64,000 nucleotides of DNA, taken from an uncultured Clostridia bacterium. GTDB taxonomy: Bacteria > Bacillota > Clostridia > Christensenellales > UBA1242. Below the pieces are notes generated by a model. That model searched no databases and was not told the origin of the DNA. It saw only the letters and a list, made by a program, of their open reading frames with translations. Below, piece by piece: positions 27,798 through 37,890 of the stretch (the stretch's first letter is position 1; each line of letters opens with the position of its first letter). The position numbers were made by a program, and so were the translations under genes. The DNA lies in contig CALVJT010000021.1 of the NCBI GenBank assembly GCA_944332315.1, positions 73,568 through 137,567 on the forward strand, written 5' to 3'.

Positions 27798-28231
27798 TAA
27801 AAATGCAAGGAAAAGCCTTATTTTTTATTATTGCTTAATTTTTTATTTATTTGCTGTTTTTATATTTCATTCATATTTTAATTTTATAGTTTTTATAATA
27901 CTAATTTGTTTAATGTGTGTTCGCTTTTAGTTTAATTAACTTAAGCATTATTATTTATAATATTAGTGATGTATTTATTATTAAATAATTTTTTTTTATT
28001 ATTGAATAAAACCATTTATCATTAAAATTTATAATACATTATAATAGCATTAGAAAACTAAACAAAAAGCGCAAAAAAAACACAAAAATTACTCAAGAAT
28101 TGTTTTTGCATTATTTTAACTATTAATTAATAAACTGCGTTTTAGATTTAACATATAGCATTGTTAAGTTTGCAAAATATCATTTAATAGCAAATAAGCA
28201 AAATTACTATTTTATAATTATAGCCAAATTG

Positions 28232-28260
28232 TTGATTAATAAGTTAAATTTTGATATAAT
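28232..28260 (+). promoter_or_regulatory. Putative promoter of the recombinase gene; predicts a leaderless mRNA
   Basis: TTGATT (28232-28237), 17-nt spacer, TGaTATAAT (-10 at 28255-28260), then 6 nt to ATG 28267. No SD is present. Confidence 0.5.
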
Positions 28261-28266
28261 GTTTAC

Positions 28267-29337
28267 ATGGAAAAAAATGAATCATATGCAAAACAAAGAG
28301 ATGCAAAAAATATTTTGAAATTACGAGAAATGCGAAATCATTTGCCTACTTTTTGCGCAGAATTCTTTATTGGAATTGAAAACAATACTAGTGTGTTGAC
28401 TCGAATTGCTTATGCGCAAGATTTGCATGTTTTTTTTACATTTTTATCGAATGAGATACCAGAATTTGAAAGTAAAGATATAAGGCTATTTACCCTATCC
28501 GACTTAAACAAATTGACTGCAGAGCATATCGAACTATTTTTAGACTACTTAAATTTGTATTATATAGATGGCAAAAAATTTATCAATAATGATAAAGCAA
28601 AAGCAAGAAAATTGGCTACTATAAGAAGTTTACTTAAATATTTTTATAAAAAAGATAAAATTAGTCAAAATGTAGCTCAAAAAGTCGATATGCCTAAAAT
28701 TTATTCTAAAAATATTATACGATTAGAACAAAACGAAGTCCATAAACTGCTTGATATTGCCGATCGCGGAGATCTTGCATTGACTAGACAGCAAAAAGAT
28801 TTTCATAAACACACAAGGATACGCGATTTAGCAATACTTATGCTATTTTTAGGAACTGGTATTCGTATAAGTGAATTGGTGGGTATTAATATAAATGATA
28901 TTAACTTTGATAACAATTCGTTTGTTATTACGCGTAAAGGTGGCAATCAATACATTTTGTATTTCTCTGATGAGGTGGCAACCGCCCTACTAGATTATAA
29001 GCGAGTACGAGAACAAATTAAAGTAGCTAAAGATGAGGATACAAATGCATTTTTCCTCTCACTTCAAAATAAACGCATAACAACTAGAGCTGTACAAAAT
29101 TTAGTAAAAAAGTATAGTCGTATAGCCTCGCCACTTAAAAAGATATCACCACATAAATTAAGAAGTACCTATGGCACAAACTTATATCAACAAACACACG
29201 ATATTTACATAGTTGCAGATGTTTTAGGACACAAAGATGTTAATACTACTAAAAAACACTATGCGGCAATAAGCGAAAATATTAGAAAAGATGCATCTAC
29301 TCGAATTAAATTGAGGAGTGATGATACGGATGAATAA
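28267..29337 (+). CDS. Tyrosine site-specific recombinase (XerC/XerD-like)
   Basis: N-terminal SAM-like core-binding domain. Catalytic signature LGTGIRISEL (R), HKLRSTYGT (HxxR) and LGHKDVNTTKKHY (H...Y). Confidence 0.85.
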   Translation: MEKNESYAKQRDAKNILKLREMRNHLPTFCAEFFIGIENNTSVLTRIAYAQDLHVFFTFLSNEIPEFESKDIRLFTLSDLNKLTAEHIELFLDYLNLYYIDGKKFINNDKAKARKLATIRSLLKYFYKKDKISQNVAQKVDMPKIYSKNIIRLEQNEVHKLLDIADRGDLALTRQQKDFHKHTRIRDLAILMLFLGTGIRISELVGININDINFDNNSFVITRKGGNQYILYFSDEVATALLDYKRVREQIKVAKDEDTNAFFLSLQNKRITTRAVQNLVKKYSRIASPLKKISPHKLRSTYGTNLYQQTHDIYIVADVLGHKDVNTTKKHYAAISENIRKDASTRIKLRSDDTDE

Positions 29338-29554
29338 ATAGTACTTTTATCTATTATGATTAAATTTTGATACATTAGCATTATGTATTAAATTTGTTGA
29401 TTAGTATTAAAGCTATTAAATTTTTCCACTATATACAATGATTTGTCACGATATAGATGTATCCTTAAATCAATATGCAAAACTTAATAAAAATTAAAAT
29501 CGCAAACACAATTTAATAAATTTACAAAATAGCAAATTTTTTCTAAAATATCTA

Positions 29555-29566
29555 GAACAATTGTTT
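29555..29566. promoter_or_regulatory. LexA (SOS) box in the lexA promoter
   Basis: GAACAATTGTTT fits the Gram-positive GAAC-N4-GTT(C/T) operator and overlaps the -35 hexamer. Confidence 0.65.
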
Positions 29567-29593
29567 GACAAAAAAAAATCTATGTGCTATAAT
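29565..29593 (+). promoter_or_regulatory. lexA promoter
   Basis: TTGACA (29565-29570), 17-nt spacer, TGcTATAAT (-10 at 29588-29593). A 30-nt leader carries the SD AAGGAG. Confidence 0.65.
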
Positions 29594-29623
29594 TTGCTTG
29601 AAAATAACTAAGGAGAAAGATTT

Positions 29624-30256
29624 ATGGCAAAAAATAATCAAAAAGTAGAAGATATGTTATCTTATATTGCAAACTATTCGCAAGAAAACGGATTCCCTCC
29701 TAGCATTAGAGAAATTCAAGATAAATTTAATTTTAAGTCTACATCAACCGTATCTTATTATTTAAGGAAATTGGAACAGCGTGGAGATTTAGTAAACAAA
29801 GGTAGAAAAAATCGCGCCCTATCGGTTGCCCCTCATTATTTTGAGGAACATCCAGAATATAAGGCAAAGATGTTAGATAAAGAATTTAATATGATACCTT
29901 TAGTTGGTAATGTAACCGCGGGTCAACCTATATTAGCGGAGGAAAATTTTGAGGAATCATTTTTTATTCCTACTAATTTATTTAGGGGTGATAACCTATT
30001 TATGTTAACTGTAAGCGGTGAAAGTATGATTGAGGCAGGAATTTACAATGGAGATAAAATAGTAGTAAGACAACAAAATACTGCTGAAAATGGCGAAATT
30101 ATAGTGGCGCTTATAGATAATTCTGCTACTGTTAAAACTTACTATAAAGAAAGCAACAGAATACGTTTACAACCAGAAAATTCTACTATGCAACCTATGT
30201 ACTTTGATAATATCACCATTTTAGGCAAAGTTGTAGGACTTATAAGAAAAATATAA
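29624..30256 (+). CDS. lexA: LexA repressor
   Basis: N-terminal wHTH, the Ala-Gly self-cleavage site (VTAGQP), and an S24 peptidase domain (SGESM ... K). Confidence 0.95.
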   Translation: MAKNNQKVEDMLSYIANYSQENGFPPSIREIQDKFNFKSTSTVSYYLRKLEQRGDLVNKGRKNRALSVAPHYFEEHPEYKAKMLDKEFNMIPLVGNVTAGQPILAEENFEESFFIPTNLFRGDNLFMLTVSGESMIEAGIYNGDKIVVRQQNTAENGEIIVALIDNSATVKTYYKESNRIRLQPENSTMQPMYFDNITILGKVVGLIRKI

Positions 30257-30311
30257 TACACTAAATATAGTGTATTATAAAAATAGAATACACTATTCTT
30301 GGTGTATTCTA
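30252..30311. repeat. Compound palindrome locus C (overlaps the lexA stop codon)
   Basis: TATAATACAC-N8-GTGTATTATA (30252-30279) and TAGAATACAC-N8-GTGTATTCTA (30284-30311). Centres are 32 bp apart, and a T-run follows the second unit. Confidence 0.9.
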
Positions 30312-30651
30312 TTTTTTATAGTCTCTATAATATTGTGTGGGTTAAGGTCTGAATTAATAACTTACTATATCCTATTTAATAACAAAGAACCTTTTTTTAT
30401 AGATTTTATGTTTTATAGATTTAATGTAAAATATGGGGGTGTATTTCCTAAATCAGCAACAACAATCCCCCTTCATTGATAATAAAGTCTTTATATGTAA
30501 AAATTAACTTTTGTAAATACAAAGTAATATGAGCTAACAATTTTTGTAATTTGCGTTCTATAACTAAATTTATGATAAACTATTAATGTTAAAAAGTTTT
30601 CATATATAACAATTAGCAAGTAAACTGCTTTATTATTTGAGCAAATACATT

Positions 30652-31623
30652 TTATTTTGCAAACGAATTATATTTATTTAACAAAAATTCGACTATAGCA
30701 TTGTGCTCAATTGTATTTTGATTCAGTGCAAAAATTATGTTTTTTTTGTACCTTTTGAACCATGTTATCTGTCTTTTTGCATAATTTCGAGAATGTTGTT
30801 TAATTTTATCAATAGAATCTTTTAGGGCTATTTTACCATCAAAGTAATCAAACAGTTCTTTGTATCCGATAGCGTTTGATACTTGCAAATTTTTATTTAA
30901 CCTTTTTTGAGTTTCATATATAAATTTTGCCTCGTCAACAAGCCCTTCTTTTATCATATCATCAACCCTATTATTGATAATATCGTATAAAACATTGCGC
31001 TCCATAGTAAGAAAGACTATAAAGTAATCATACGGCGAATTTTCAAAATTTTCATCAATTTTATGTATTTGAGAAAGTTTTGTATTAGCACAATGGCAGA
31101 TTTCTAAAATCCTTTTTATCTTTTTTACATCATTTACGCTAATTTTTTTGGCGGTTTCAGGGTCTATTTTTAATAGCATTTCATATAATTTATCCTTGCC
31201 TTGAGTATTTAGTATATCATCAAGTTGTGCTCGATATCCCTCATTTTTAGGACAATTAGCAAATTCGTACGGAAATATTAGCCCCTCGATATAAAGCCCT
31301 GTTCCCCCTACTATGATTGGCAATTTATTTTCTTTGATAGAATATGCAATTTCTCTATTTGTATTTTCCTTAAATTCTGCTACGCTATATTCTTGTTCAA
31401 TAGTTTTGATATTAATATTATAATGTGGGTACTTATCCAACAAATCGTCTGATAACTTGGCGGTGCCTATGTTGCAATTTTTATAAATTTGCATTGAATC
31501 TGCAGAAATTAATGTGGCATTAAGTTTATCATATAACTCTAGGGCAAGTTTTGTTTTGCCTACCCCTGTGGGTCCAGCGATTATAAGCAAAGGAATTTTT
31601 TTTATAGCACTCTTTTGAACCAT
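30652..31623 (-). CDS. miaA: tRNA dimethylallyltransferase
   Basis: P-loop GPTGVGKT. IPP transferase family length and position after mutL. Confidence 0.9.
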   Translation of the reverse strand: MVQKSAIKKIPLLIIAGPTGVGKTKLALELYDKLNATLISADSMQIYKNCNIGTAKLSDDLLDKYPHYNINIKTIEQEYSVAEFKENTNREIAYSIKENKLPIIVGGTGLYIEGLIFPYEFANCPKNEGYRAQLDDILNTQGKDKLYEMLLKIDPETAKKISVNDVKKIKRILEICHCANTKLSQIHKIDENFENSPYDYFIVFLTMERNVLYDIINNRVDDMIKEGLVDEAKFIYETQKRLNKNLQVSNAIGYKELFDYFDGKIALKDSIDKIKQHSRNYAKRQITWFKRYKKNIIFALNQNTIEHNAIVEFLLNKYNSFAK

Positions 31624-33830
31624 TTTTCTATATCCTTTCTATCAATTTTTATGGCTATAGGTCGCCCGTGAGGACAAAATAGTTCGGTATTATTTGCAAG
31701 AACAGCGTCAACTAAAGTACAAATTTCGTTTTCGCTCATATCGTTGCCGGCTTTTATAGCTGATTTACAAGCGCGTTGCATAAGGTATTCATCAAAATGC
31801 AAACTTTCCTTTACTTTAATTTCTTTGCCTACTTGAGATAAAATGTCGTTAAAGAAAGACTTGCAATCAAAATTCCCTCCCAGCAACAGCGGTACTGCAG
31901 AAATTTTATAGGCTTTATCTCCGAACTCCTCGATTACAAAACCTAAATCAGTAAATTGTTTAATATTTTGTTCTAAAAAAGATTTTTCTTGAAAATTAAC
32001 TTCTAAAATATAAGGGACCAAAAGCGGTTGGGTTGCTTTATCTTTATTGCCATAATACTTTTGAAATCTATCATAGATTATTCTTTCGTGCGCTGCGTGT
32101 TGGTCTATAAGTATCGCACTTTCGCCACTTTCAACAAACAAAAATGTGTTAAAAAGTTTACCCACAACTTTGTATCCATTTTTTAGCATAGATATAGAGC
32201 GGGAGTTGGTGTCATTGCTTTTTATTACGCCTTCACTATGATAAGTTTTTCTGTTTTGACTAAAAAGTGTATTTCCATTGACATCTTTAGATGACATTGA
32301 AGCGTACGATAAAGGCATTTCTGATTCGGCAATAGATTGTACGCTTACATCAGCAATGTTGATTACTTCATCGTTTTTGCTATCAAAGATTTTGAGTTTG
32401 TAGGTGTTGCCTTGATGAACACTGTTTGCATTGTTAAAAGGATTAGCTTGTAAATCTCCTTCCACATTATCAAAGCTATTCAAATTACTATAATCATTTA
32501 ATTTATTTGATTTGATAGCATCATCATACCTGACTTCACCATAATTATTTAAGCTTTTAGTTTCCGCATTTTGGTCTATATAATTTGGTGAAATATCTTG
32601 ATTATTAGGTGTTTCAATACTCTGCGGATTGATATTATTTTCCGAGGATAGATTGTTTTGTTGATTATCATTATTATAAAACGATTCTATATTGTTTTTA
32701 TTAGAGCAACTTGTATTTTGGTTGTTATTATTATTATCAAAAATATTATCAAAACTAAATGCGCTTTGCTGTTCTGTTTGAACCAATGGTTCATTGTTTA
32801 GCGCTTTTATTGGTTTATTTATCATATCAATGGTATACAAATCTTGATTTGATAGTATTGTGTTGGAAACTGTACGATAAACAAATGAAAAAATGGTACT
32901 GTTATCATCAAATCGAATTTCCAATTTAGTTGGATGTACATTTACATCAATTTTTTCTGGGTTAACAGCTAAAAACATTATAAAGAAAGGAAATTGACCT
33001 TTCATTAAGTGTGTTTCAAAGCCTTTATTTACGGCAACAGAAATGTTGGTGTTTTGAACATATCTGCCATTTACAACAAGCGTTTGATATGTTCTGTTTG
33101 GTTTTGTAAAGCTAGGCTTACCTATATATCCATATAGATGCATATCCTCTCTTTTTTCATCAAAATGCAAAAGGTTTTGTAATACATTCAATCCATATAC
33201 AGCAAAAATAGCATCCTCTAGGCTTTTGCCTGTACTGTAGTAAACTTGTTTATTATCGACTACATACCTTATTGATACCTCAGGGTTAGATAGTATAAGC
33301 CTTTGAACCACTGTTGTAATTTCATGTTCCTCTTGTTTAGGTTTTTTCAAAAATTTCTTTCTTGCGGGAACATTAAAAAATAAATTTTTAACCGATATTT
33401 TAGTACCTGTTGGAGCCGAACACCTTTCAAAATTCTTTATATTGCCCCCTTCAAGTTCTATTCTAGTTGCCAAGTCATCATCAAGTACTTTTGTGAGCAT
33501 TTCCACTTGAGATACCGAGGCTATGGAAGCCAAAGCTTCGCCTCTAAACCCCAAAGTTCTTATACTTTCGAGGTCTTGAACCGATTGAATTTTGCTAGTA
33601 GCATGTGGCAAAAATGCGTTTTTTACACTATCATACTCAATTCCGCAACCATCATCCGTAACTATCATCTCATCAATTCCGCCATTTTTTATTTCGATAG
33701 TTATATTTTTTGCGCCCGCATCTACGCTATTTTCGGTTAACTCTTTTATGACTGAAGCGGGTCTTTCGACTACTTCGCCTGCAGATATTTTATTATATAT
33801 TGAGGAATCAAGTACGTTTATTTGAGCCAT
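31602..33830 (-). CDS. mutL: DNA mismatch repair protein MutL (with an Asn-rich linker)
   Basis: GHKL ATPase motifs (ENSVDAGA, DDGCGI). C-terminal endonuclease motif DQHAAHERIIYDRF. Confidence 0.95.
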   Translation of the reverse strand: MAQINVLDSSIYNKISAGEVVERPASVIKELTENSVDAGAKNITIEIKNGGIDEMIVTDDGCGIEYDSVKNAFLPHATSKIQSVQDLESIRTLGFRGEALASIASVSQVEMLTKVLDDDLATRIELEGGNIKNFERCSAPTGTKISVKNLFFNVPARKKFLKKPKQEEHEITTVVQRLILSNPEVSIRYVVDNKQVYYSTGKSLEDAIFAVYGLNVLQNLLHFDEKREDMHLYGYIGKPSFTKPNRTYQTLVVNGRYVQNTNISVAVNKGFETHLMKGQFPFFIMFLAVNPEKIDVNVHPTKLEIRFDDNSTIFSFVYRTVSNTILSNQDLYTIDMINKPIKALNNEPLVQTEQQSAFSFDNIFDNNNNNQNTSCSNKNNIESFYNNDNQQNNLSSENNINPQSIETPNNQDISPNYIDQNAETKSLNNYGEVRYDDAIKSNKLNDYSNLNSFDNVEGDLQANPFNNANSVHQGNTYKLKIFDSKNDEVINIADVSVQSIAESEMPLSYASMSSKDVNGNTLFSQNRKTYHSEGVIKSNDTNSRSISMLKNGYKVVGKLFNTFLFVESGESAILIDQHAAHERIIYDRFQKYYGNKDKATQPLLVPYILEVNFQEKSFLEQNIKQFTDLGFVIEEFGDKAYKISAVPLLLGGNFDCKSFFNDILSQVGKEIKVKESLHFDEYLMQRACKSAIKAGNDMSENEICTLVDAVLANNTELFCPHGRPIAIKIDRKDIEKWFKRVL

Positions 33831-33833
33831 ATA

Positions 33834-36431
33834 TTATTTCTCCTTTATAATATTTTGCATATTTTGAATATCGGTTAATGCTTCTATAGGTGTTAAAAGA
33901 TTTATATTTATAGATTTTATATAGTCGTACAATTTTTGCATATTATCGTTTTGGGTCTGTTGTTCTTGCGGGGTTGCCTCTTTATTTGTAAAGTGAATTT
34001 CGTTTTGTCTTAATTTATCCAAAATTATTTTTGCTCTATCAATGACTTCGTTTGGCAATCCTGCCATACTTGCTACTTCGATACCAAAACTGCGATTTGC
34101 TCCGCCTTTAATAATTTTTCGCAGAAATATGACAGTATTATTAAATTCTTTTACAGATATTTGATAGTTTTTTACTCCGTCCAAACGCCCTTCTAACTCA
34201 GTTAGCTCGTGATAATGAGTAGCAAACAAAACTTTTGATTTTGTGTTTTTAGATAGATATTCAACGACAGACCAAGCAATACTTAAACCATCATATGTGC
34301 TTGTACCTCTGCCTACCTCATCCAAAATTACAAGGCTTTTATCTGTTAGATTAGCCAATATATTGGAAACTTCCAACATCTCTACCATAAAGGTGCTTTG
34401 TCCAAAAGCCAAATCATCACTTGCACCGATGCGAGTAAATATTCTATCGGTCATAGCAATAGTTGCAGATTGTGCTGGAACAAAGGAGCCGATATGCGCC
34501 ATTAAAACAATTAAAGCAACTTGTCGCATATAGGTGCTTTTGCCTGCCATATTAGGCCCAGTTAGTATCAAAATTCTATTTTCGTAATCATCTAAATATG
34601 TATCATTGGAAACAAATCTTTCTTCCTTTAACATTTGTTCTATAACGCAATGCCTACCTTCAATAATCTCGGTATGATCTATAGATGAATTTATAAGTGG
34701 TCTGCAATAATTATTTTCTAGTGCGACATATGATAGCGAAAGAAGTGCATCAATCATTGCAAGCATTTTGGAAGTGTTTAACATAGCTGGAATATTTTCA
34801 ATAAGTTTTTGACGAATTTGTTCAAACAAATTTTGTTCAAGTTGTAGCATTTTATCCTCGGCATCGAGTATTTCTGCTTCAAGCTCCTTTAGTTCATCAG
34901 TGACATATCTTTCGTTATTGGCTAAGGTTTGCTTTCTTTGATATCTTTCCTTTGGAGCAAATTGTATTTGAGATTTTGGAATTTCGATATAGTATCCAAA
35001 CACAGAGTTATAGCCCACCTTAAGGGTTTTAATGCCTGTTAATTCCCTTTCTTTATTTTCTATATTCACCAAAGCGTTGCGCCCGCCCATAGCTTTATCT
35101 CGTATATCATCCAAAACTTTCGAAAAACCAGATTTTATAAAGCCACTATCTCTTGTATGGGTAGGCGAATTTTCATCAAACGCTTTATCAAGCATTTCAA
35201 CTAAATCATCAAAATCTACAATTTGTTGATACGCATCTTTTAGTAGTTTACTATTTAATGTACAAACAACTTTTTTTATTTGAGGAATTTTGGAGATAGC
35301 AATTTTAAGGTCGTTGCATCCTCTTGGCGAAATTGTTCCATAGGAGATTTTACCACATATACGCTCTATATCTGTAATCTCACGCAAAGTTTGCGCCATA
35401 GATTCTCGTGCTAATGTATTTTGCATTAGCTCCTCTATTGAATCTAGGCGCGCATTTATTAAAACTTCATCTTGAAGCGGTTGTTCTACCCACTGTCTTA
35501 GTAATCTAGCACCCATTGCTGTTTTTGTTTTATTTAATACCCAATACAATGAACCTTTTGTTTTTCTATCTTTCATAGATTCCACTAATTCAAGATTACG
35601 CCTTGTATTTACATCTAGTTGCATTACGCTTTTATCTTGCTCTACATTAATTTTGGTTATATTGTTTAGCGAGCGTTTTTGTGTTTCCTCTAAATAAGCT
35701 AAAAGAGCTCCCGAAGCCATAATACCATACTTGCAGTTGCCAAGGTCTGTTTTATCTAGTGCTATAATATTTAGTTGTTTACAAATTTGTTTTTGTGCTC
35801 TATCATATCTAAATGCCCAATCGTAGTATTCATTGGCCTTAGGTGCAAGACCTACAACAAAACAGGATAACTGAGTGTAAAAATCTTTTATTCGTGAATT
35901 ACATATCACTTCGCTAGGACGAATCCTTGTTAGTAAATCGTTTATTTTATCTTTAACAACACTACTACCTCCTTGCAAAGTGAACATATCGCCAGTTGTT
36001 ATATCTACATAGCTTGCACCATAACCGCCGTCATCGCAGTACAAACATGCTATAAAGTTGTTTTTTGTATCGTCAAGCAATTCGGTTTCCATAATAGTCC
36101 CCGGCGTTATGACTCTTACAACATCACGGGTAACTAGCTCCTTGCCTTTTGTGGCTTGGGTAAGTTGTTCGCAAATAGCAATTTTGTAGCCCATTGAAAT
36201 TAGTTTATTGATATAGTTGTTGCAGGCATGATATGGAACCCCACACATTGGGGCTTTTTTATTATCTCCACAGTCGCGTGCTGTTAAAGTTAAGCCCAAT
36301 GCCCTTGATACCTCTATAGCGTCCTCAAAAAACATTTCATAAAAATCACCTAGCCTGTAGAATAAAATACAATCTTTGTATTCCTCTTTTTTGTTTAGAT
36401 ATTGTTGCATCATAGGCGATAGTTTGCTCAT
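33834..36431 (-). CDS. mutS: DNA mismatch repair protein MutS
   Basis: N-terminal mismatch-binding GDFYEMF, Walker A GPNMAGKST, and DEVGRGTSTYDG. Confidence 0.95.
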   Translation of the reverse strand: MSKLSPMMQQYLNKKEEYKDCILFYRLGDFYEMFFEDAIEVSRALGLTLTARDCGDNKKAPMCGVPYHACNNYINKLISMGYKIAICEQLTQATKGKELVTRDVVRVITPGTIMETELLDDTKNNFIACLYCDDGGYGASYVDITTGDMFTLQGGSSVVKDKINDLLTRIRPSEVICNSRIKDFYTQLSCFVVGLAPKANEYYDWAFRYDRAQKQICKQLNIIALDKTDLGNCKYGIMASGALLAYLEETQKRSLNNITKINVEQDKSVMQLDVNTRRNLELVESMKDRKTKGSLYWVLNKTKTAMGARLLRQWVEQPLQDEVLINARLDSIEELMQNTLARESMAQTLREITDIERICGKISYGTISPRGCNDLKIAISKIPQIKKVVCTLNSKLLKDAYQQIVDFDDLVEMLDKAFDENSPTHTRDSGFIKSGFSKVLDDIRDKAMGGRNALVNIENKERELTGIKTLKVGYNSVFGYYIEIPKSQIQFAPKERYQRKQTLANNERYVTDELKELEAEILDAEDKMLQLEQNLFEQIRQKLIENIPAMLNTSKMLAMIDALLSLSYVALENNYCRPLINSSIDHTEIIEGRHCVIEQMLKEERFVSNDTYLDDYENRILILTGPNMAGKSTYMRQVALIVLMAHIGSFVPAQSATIAMTDRIFTRIGASDDLAFGQSTFMVEMLEVSNILANLTDKSLVILDEVGRGTSTYDGLSIAWSVVEYLSKNTKSKVLFATHYHELTELEGRLDGVKNYQISVKEFNNTVIFLRKIIKGGANRSFGIEVASMAGLPNEVIDRAKIILDKLRQNEIHFTNKEATPQEQQTQNDNMQKLYDYIKSININLLTPIEALTDIQNMQNIIKEK

Positions 36432-36442
36432 TTTAACCTCCG

Positions 36443-37765
36443 TTAATTTACAACTGTGCCATACAGTTGGTTATCAATTAATTTATCTATTTTTATATTG
36501 ACAAATGAATATGGCTCTAAAATTGCATTGCCTACTATAATTGTTTTGCCACTATCTGTCTTGACAAGGTAGTTGCCGTCATCCAAAACTTTATCTACAA
36601 TACAATTTTCTATATTGCCTATCATTTCATTTGTTTTTTGGTGAGATATTTGCTTTTCAATGGCTAATAAAGCATTTACTCTTTTATTTTTCTCATCAAG
36701 CGGAATTTGGTCTTGCATTTGCGCTGCAGGAGTTCCAGGTCTAGGAGAATACATAAAGGCAAATATTCCATTGTAGCCTACCCTTTTTACTAGATTGCAG
36801 GTAGCTTCAAAATCCTCCTGTGTTTCGGATGGAAATCCTACTATAAAATCACTTGTTAAAGAAACATTTGGTATTTTTGATTTAATTTTATCTATTACAT
36901 TTAAGTAATGTTCCACGGTGTAGTTCCTATTCATTTTTTTAAGAATAGCATTGCTACCAGATTGAACTGGCAAATGAATAGTTTTTGATATTTTATCATT
37001 TTCGGCAATTACATCTATAACATCATCGGTCAAGTCTTTTGGATGTGATGTCATAAATTTAATCTTAAATTCGTAAGGTAGTTCTGCAATTTGCTTTAAT
37101 AATTTTGCAAATGTGATATCTCCGCCTAAGTCCTTGCCATACGAATTTACATTTTGTCCTAGCAATGTAATTATCTTATATTTACCGGTTTTTAGTAGGC
37201 TCTCAACCTCATCTATAATATCTTGCGGGCGCCTACTCACTTCTCTACCACGCACATAAGGCACTATACAATAGGTACAAAAATTGTTGCACCCATACAT
37301 AATGTTAACCCATCCATTATATCCGCTAGTTCTATACATAGGCACATTTTCGTCTACTATCACTTGCTGTTCTATATCTTTTATCTTTTTGTGCGTTTGC
37401 TCGTATTCGTCAAGAAAATTGCCAAACTTATTTAGGTTGTGTGTTCCAAATATTATGTTAACAAAAGGAAAAGTTTTTTGTATGTAGTCTGCCATATCAG
37501 TTTGTTGGCTCATACAACCGCAAACGGCTACTATCAAATTGGGGTTCTTTTTCTTTATTGGCTTTACTGCTCCTATATTGCCCAGTATTTTTTCCTCGGC
37601 CGATTTACGGATGCAACAAGTATTAAAAACTATAACATCAGCTTGGTTTTGCTCTTGGGTTTCTGTATATCCCCTTTCTTGTAAAAAGCCTGCCAATTTT
37701 TCTGATTCGTGGACATTCATTTGACATCCATAAGTTAGTATGCAGTATTTTTTATTTTCATTCAT
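36443..37765 (-). CDS. miaB: tRNA-2-methylthio-N6-dimethylallyladenosine synthase
   Basis: MTTase N-domain, radical SAM CNNFCTYC, and a TRAM domain. Fits the miaB-mutS-mutL-miaA order. Confidence 0.93.
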   Translation of the reverse strand: MNENKKYCILTYGCQMNVHESEKLAGFLQERGYTETQEQNQADVIVFNTCCIRKSAEEKILGNIGAVKPIKKKNPNLIVAVCGCMSQQTDMADYIQKTFPFVNIIFGTHNLNKFGNFLDEYEQTHKKIKDIEQQVIVDENVPMYRTSGYNGWVNIMYGCNNFCTYCIVPYVRGREVSRRPQDIIDEVESLLKTGKYKIITLLGQNVNSYGKDLGGDITFAKLLKQIAELPYEFKIKFMTSHPKDLTDDVIDVIAENDKISKTIHLPVQSGSNAILKKMNRNYTVEHYLNVIDKIKSKIPNVSLTSDFIVGFPSETQEDFEATCNLVKRVGYNGIFAFMYSPRPGTPAAQMQDQIPLDEKNKRVNALLAIEKQISHQKTNEMIGNIENCIVDKVLDDGNYLVKTDSGKTIIVGNAILEPYSFVNIKIDKLIDNQLYGTVVN

Positions 37766-37786
37766 AATAAATCCTTTTAGTATTTA

Positions 37787-37816
37787 ATTATACCATTTTA
37801 TTTATAAAAATTGCAA
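37787..37816 (-). promoter_or_regulatory. Putative miaB operon promoter
   Basis: On the minus strand: TTGCAA (37811-37816), 18-nt spacer, TGgTATAAT (-10 at 37787-37792). Confidence 0.5.
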
Positions 37817-37890
37817 GTTAAAAAACAAAATTGCTTTATAATTTCGACAAAAATCTACATATTAAATATGTTTTTGCAGATAATACTTTA

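Noticed and set aside
28267-29337. The tyrosine recombinase as a marker of an integrated mobile element or prophage
   Set aside because: There are no phage, plasmid or transposon genes on either side and no flanking direct repeats that I could see. The neighbours are housekeeping genes (lexA, ygjP-like), so a chromosomal Xer-type role is more likely.
27662-29623. dif-like Xer recombination site near the recombinase gene
   Set aside because: I found no convincing match to the Firmicute dif pattern, which is two ~11-bp arms around a 6-bp spacer ending in ...TATATTATGTAAACT. ATACAT-N7-ATGTAT at about 29383-29401 is too short and AT-rich to call.
30270-30479. 69-aa ORF downstream of lexA
   Set aside because: It starts with a GTG inside palindrome unit C1, has no SD, and runs through the second palindrome and a T-run that looks like a terminator. 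The composition looks non-coding.
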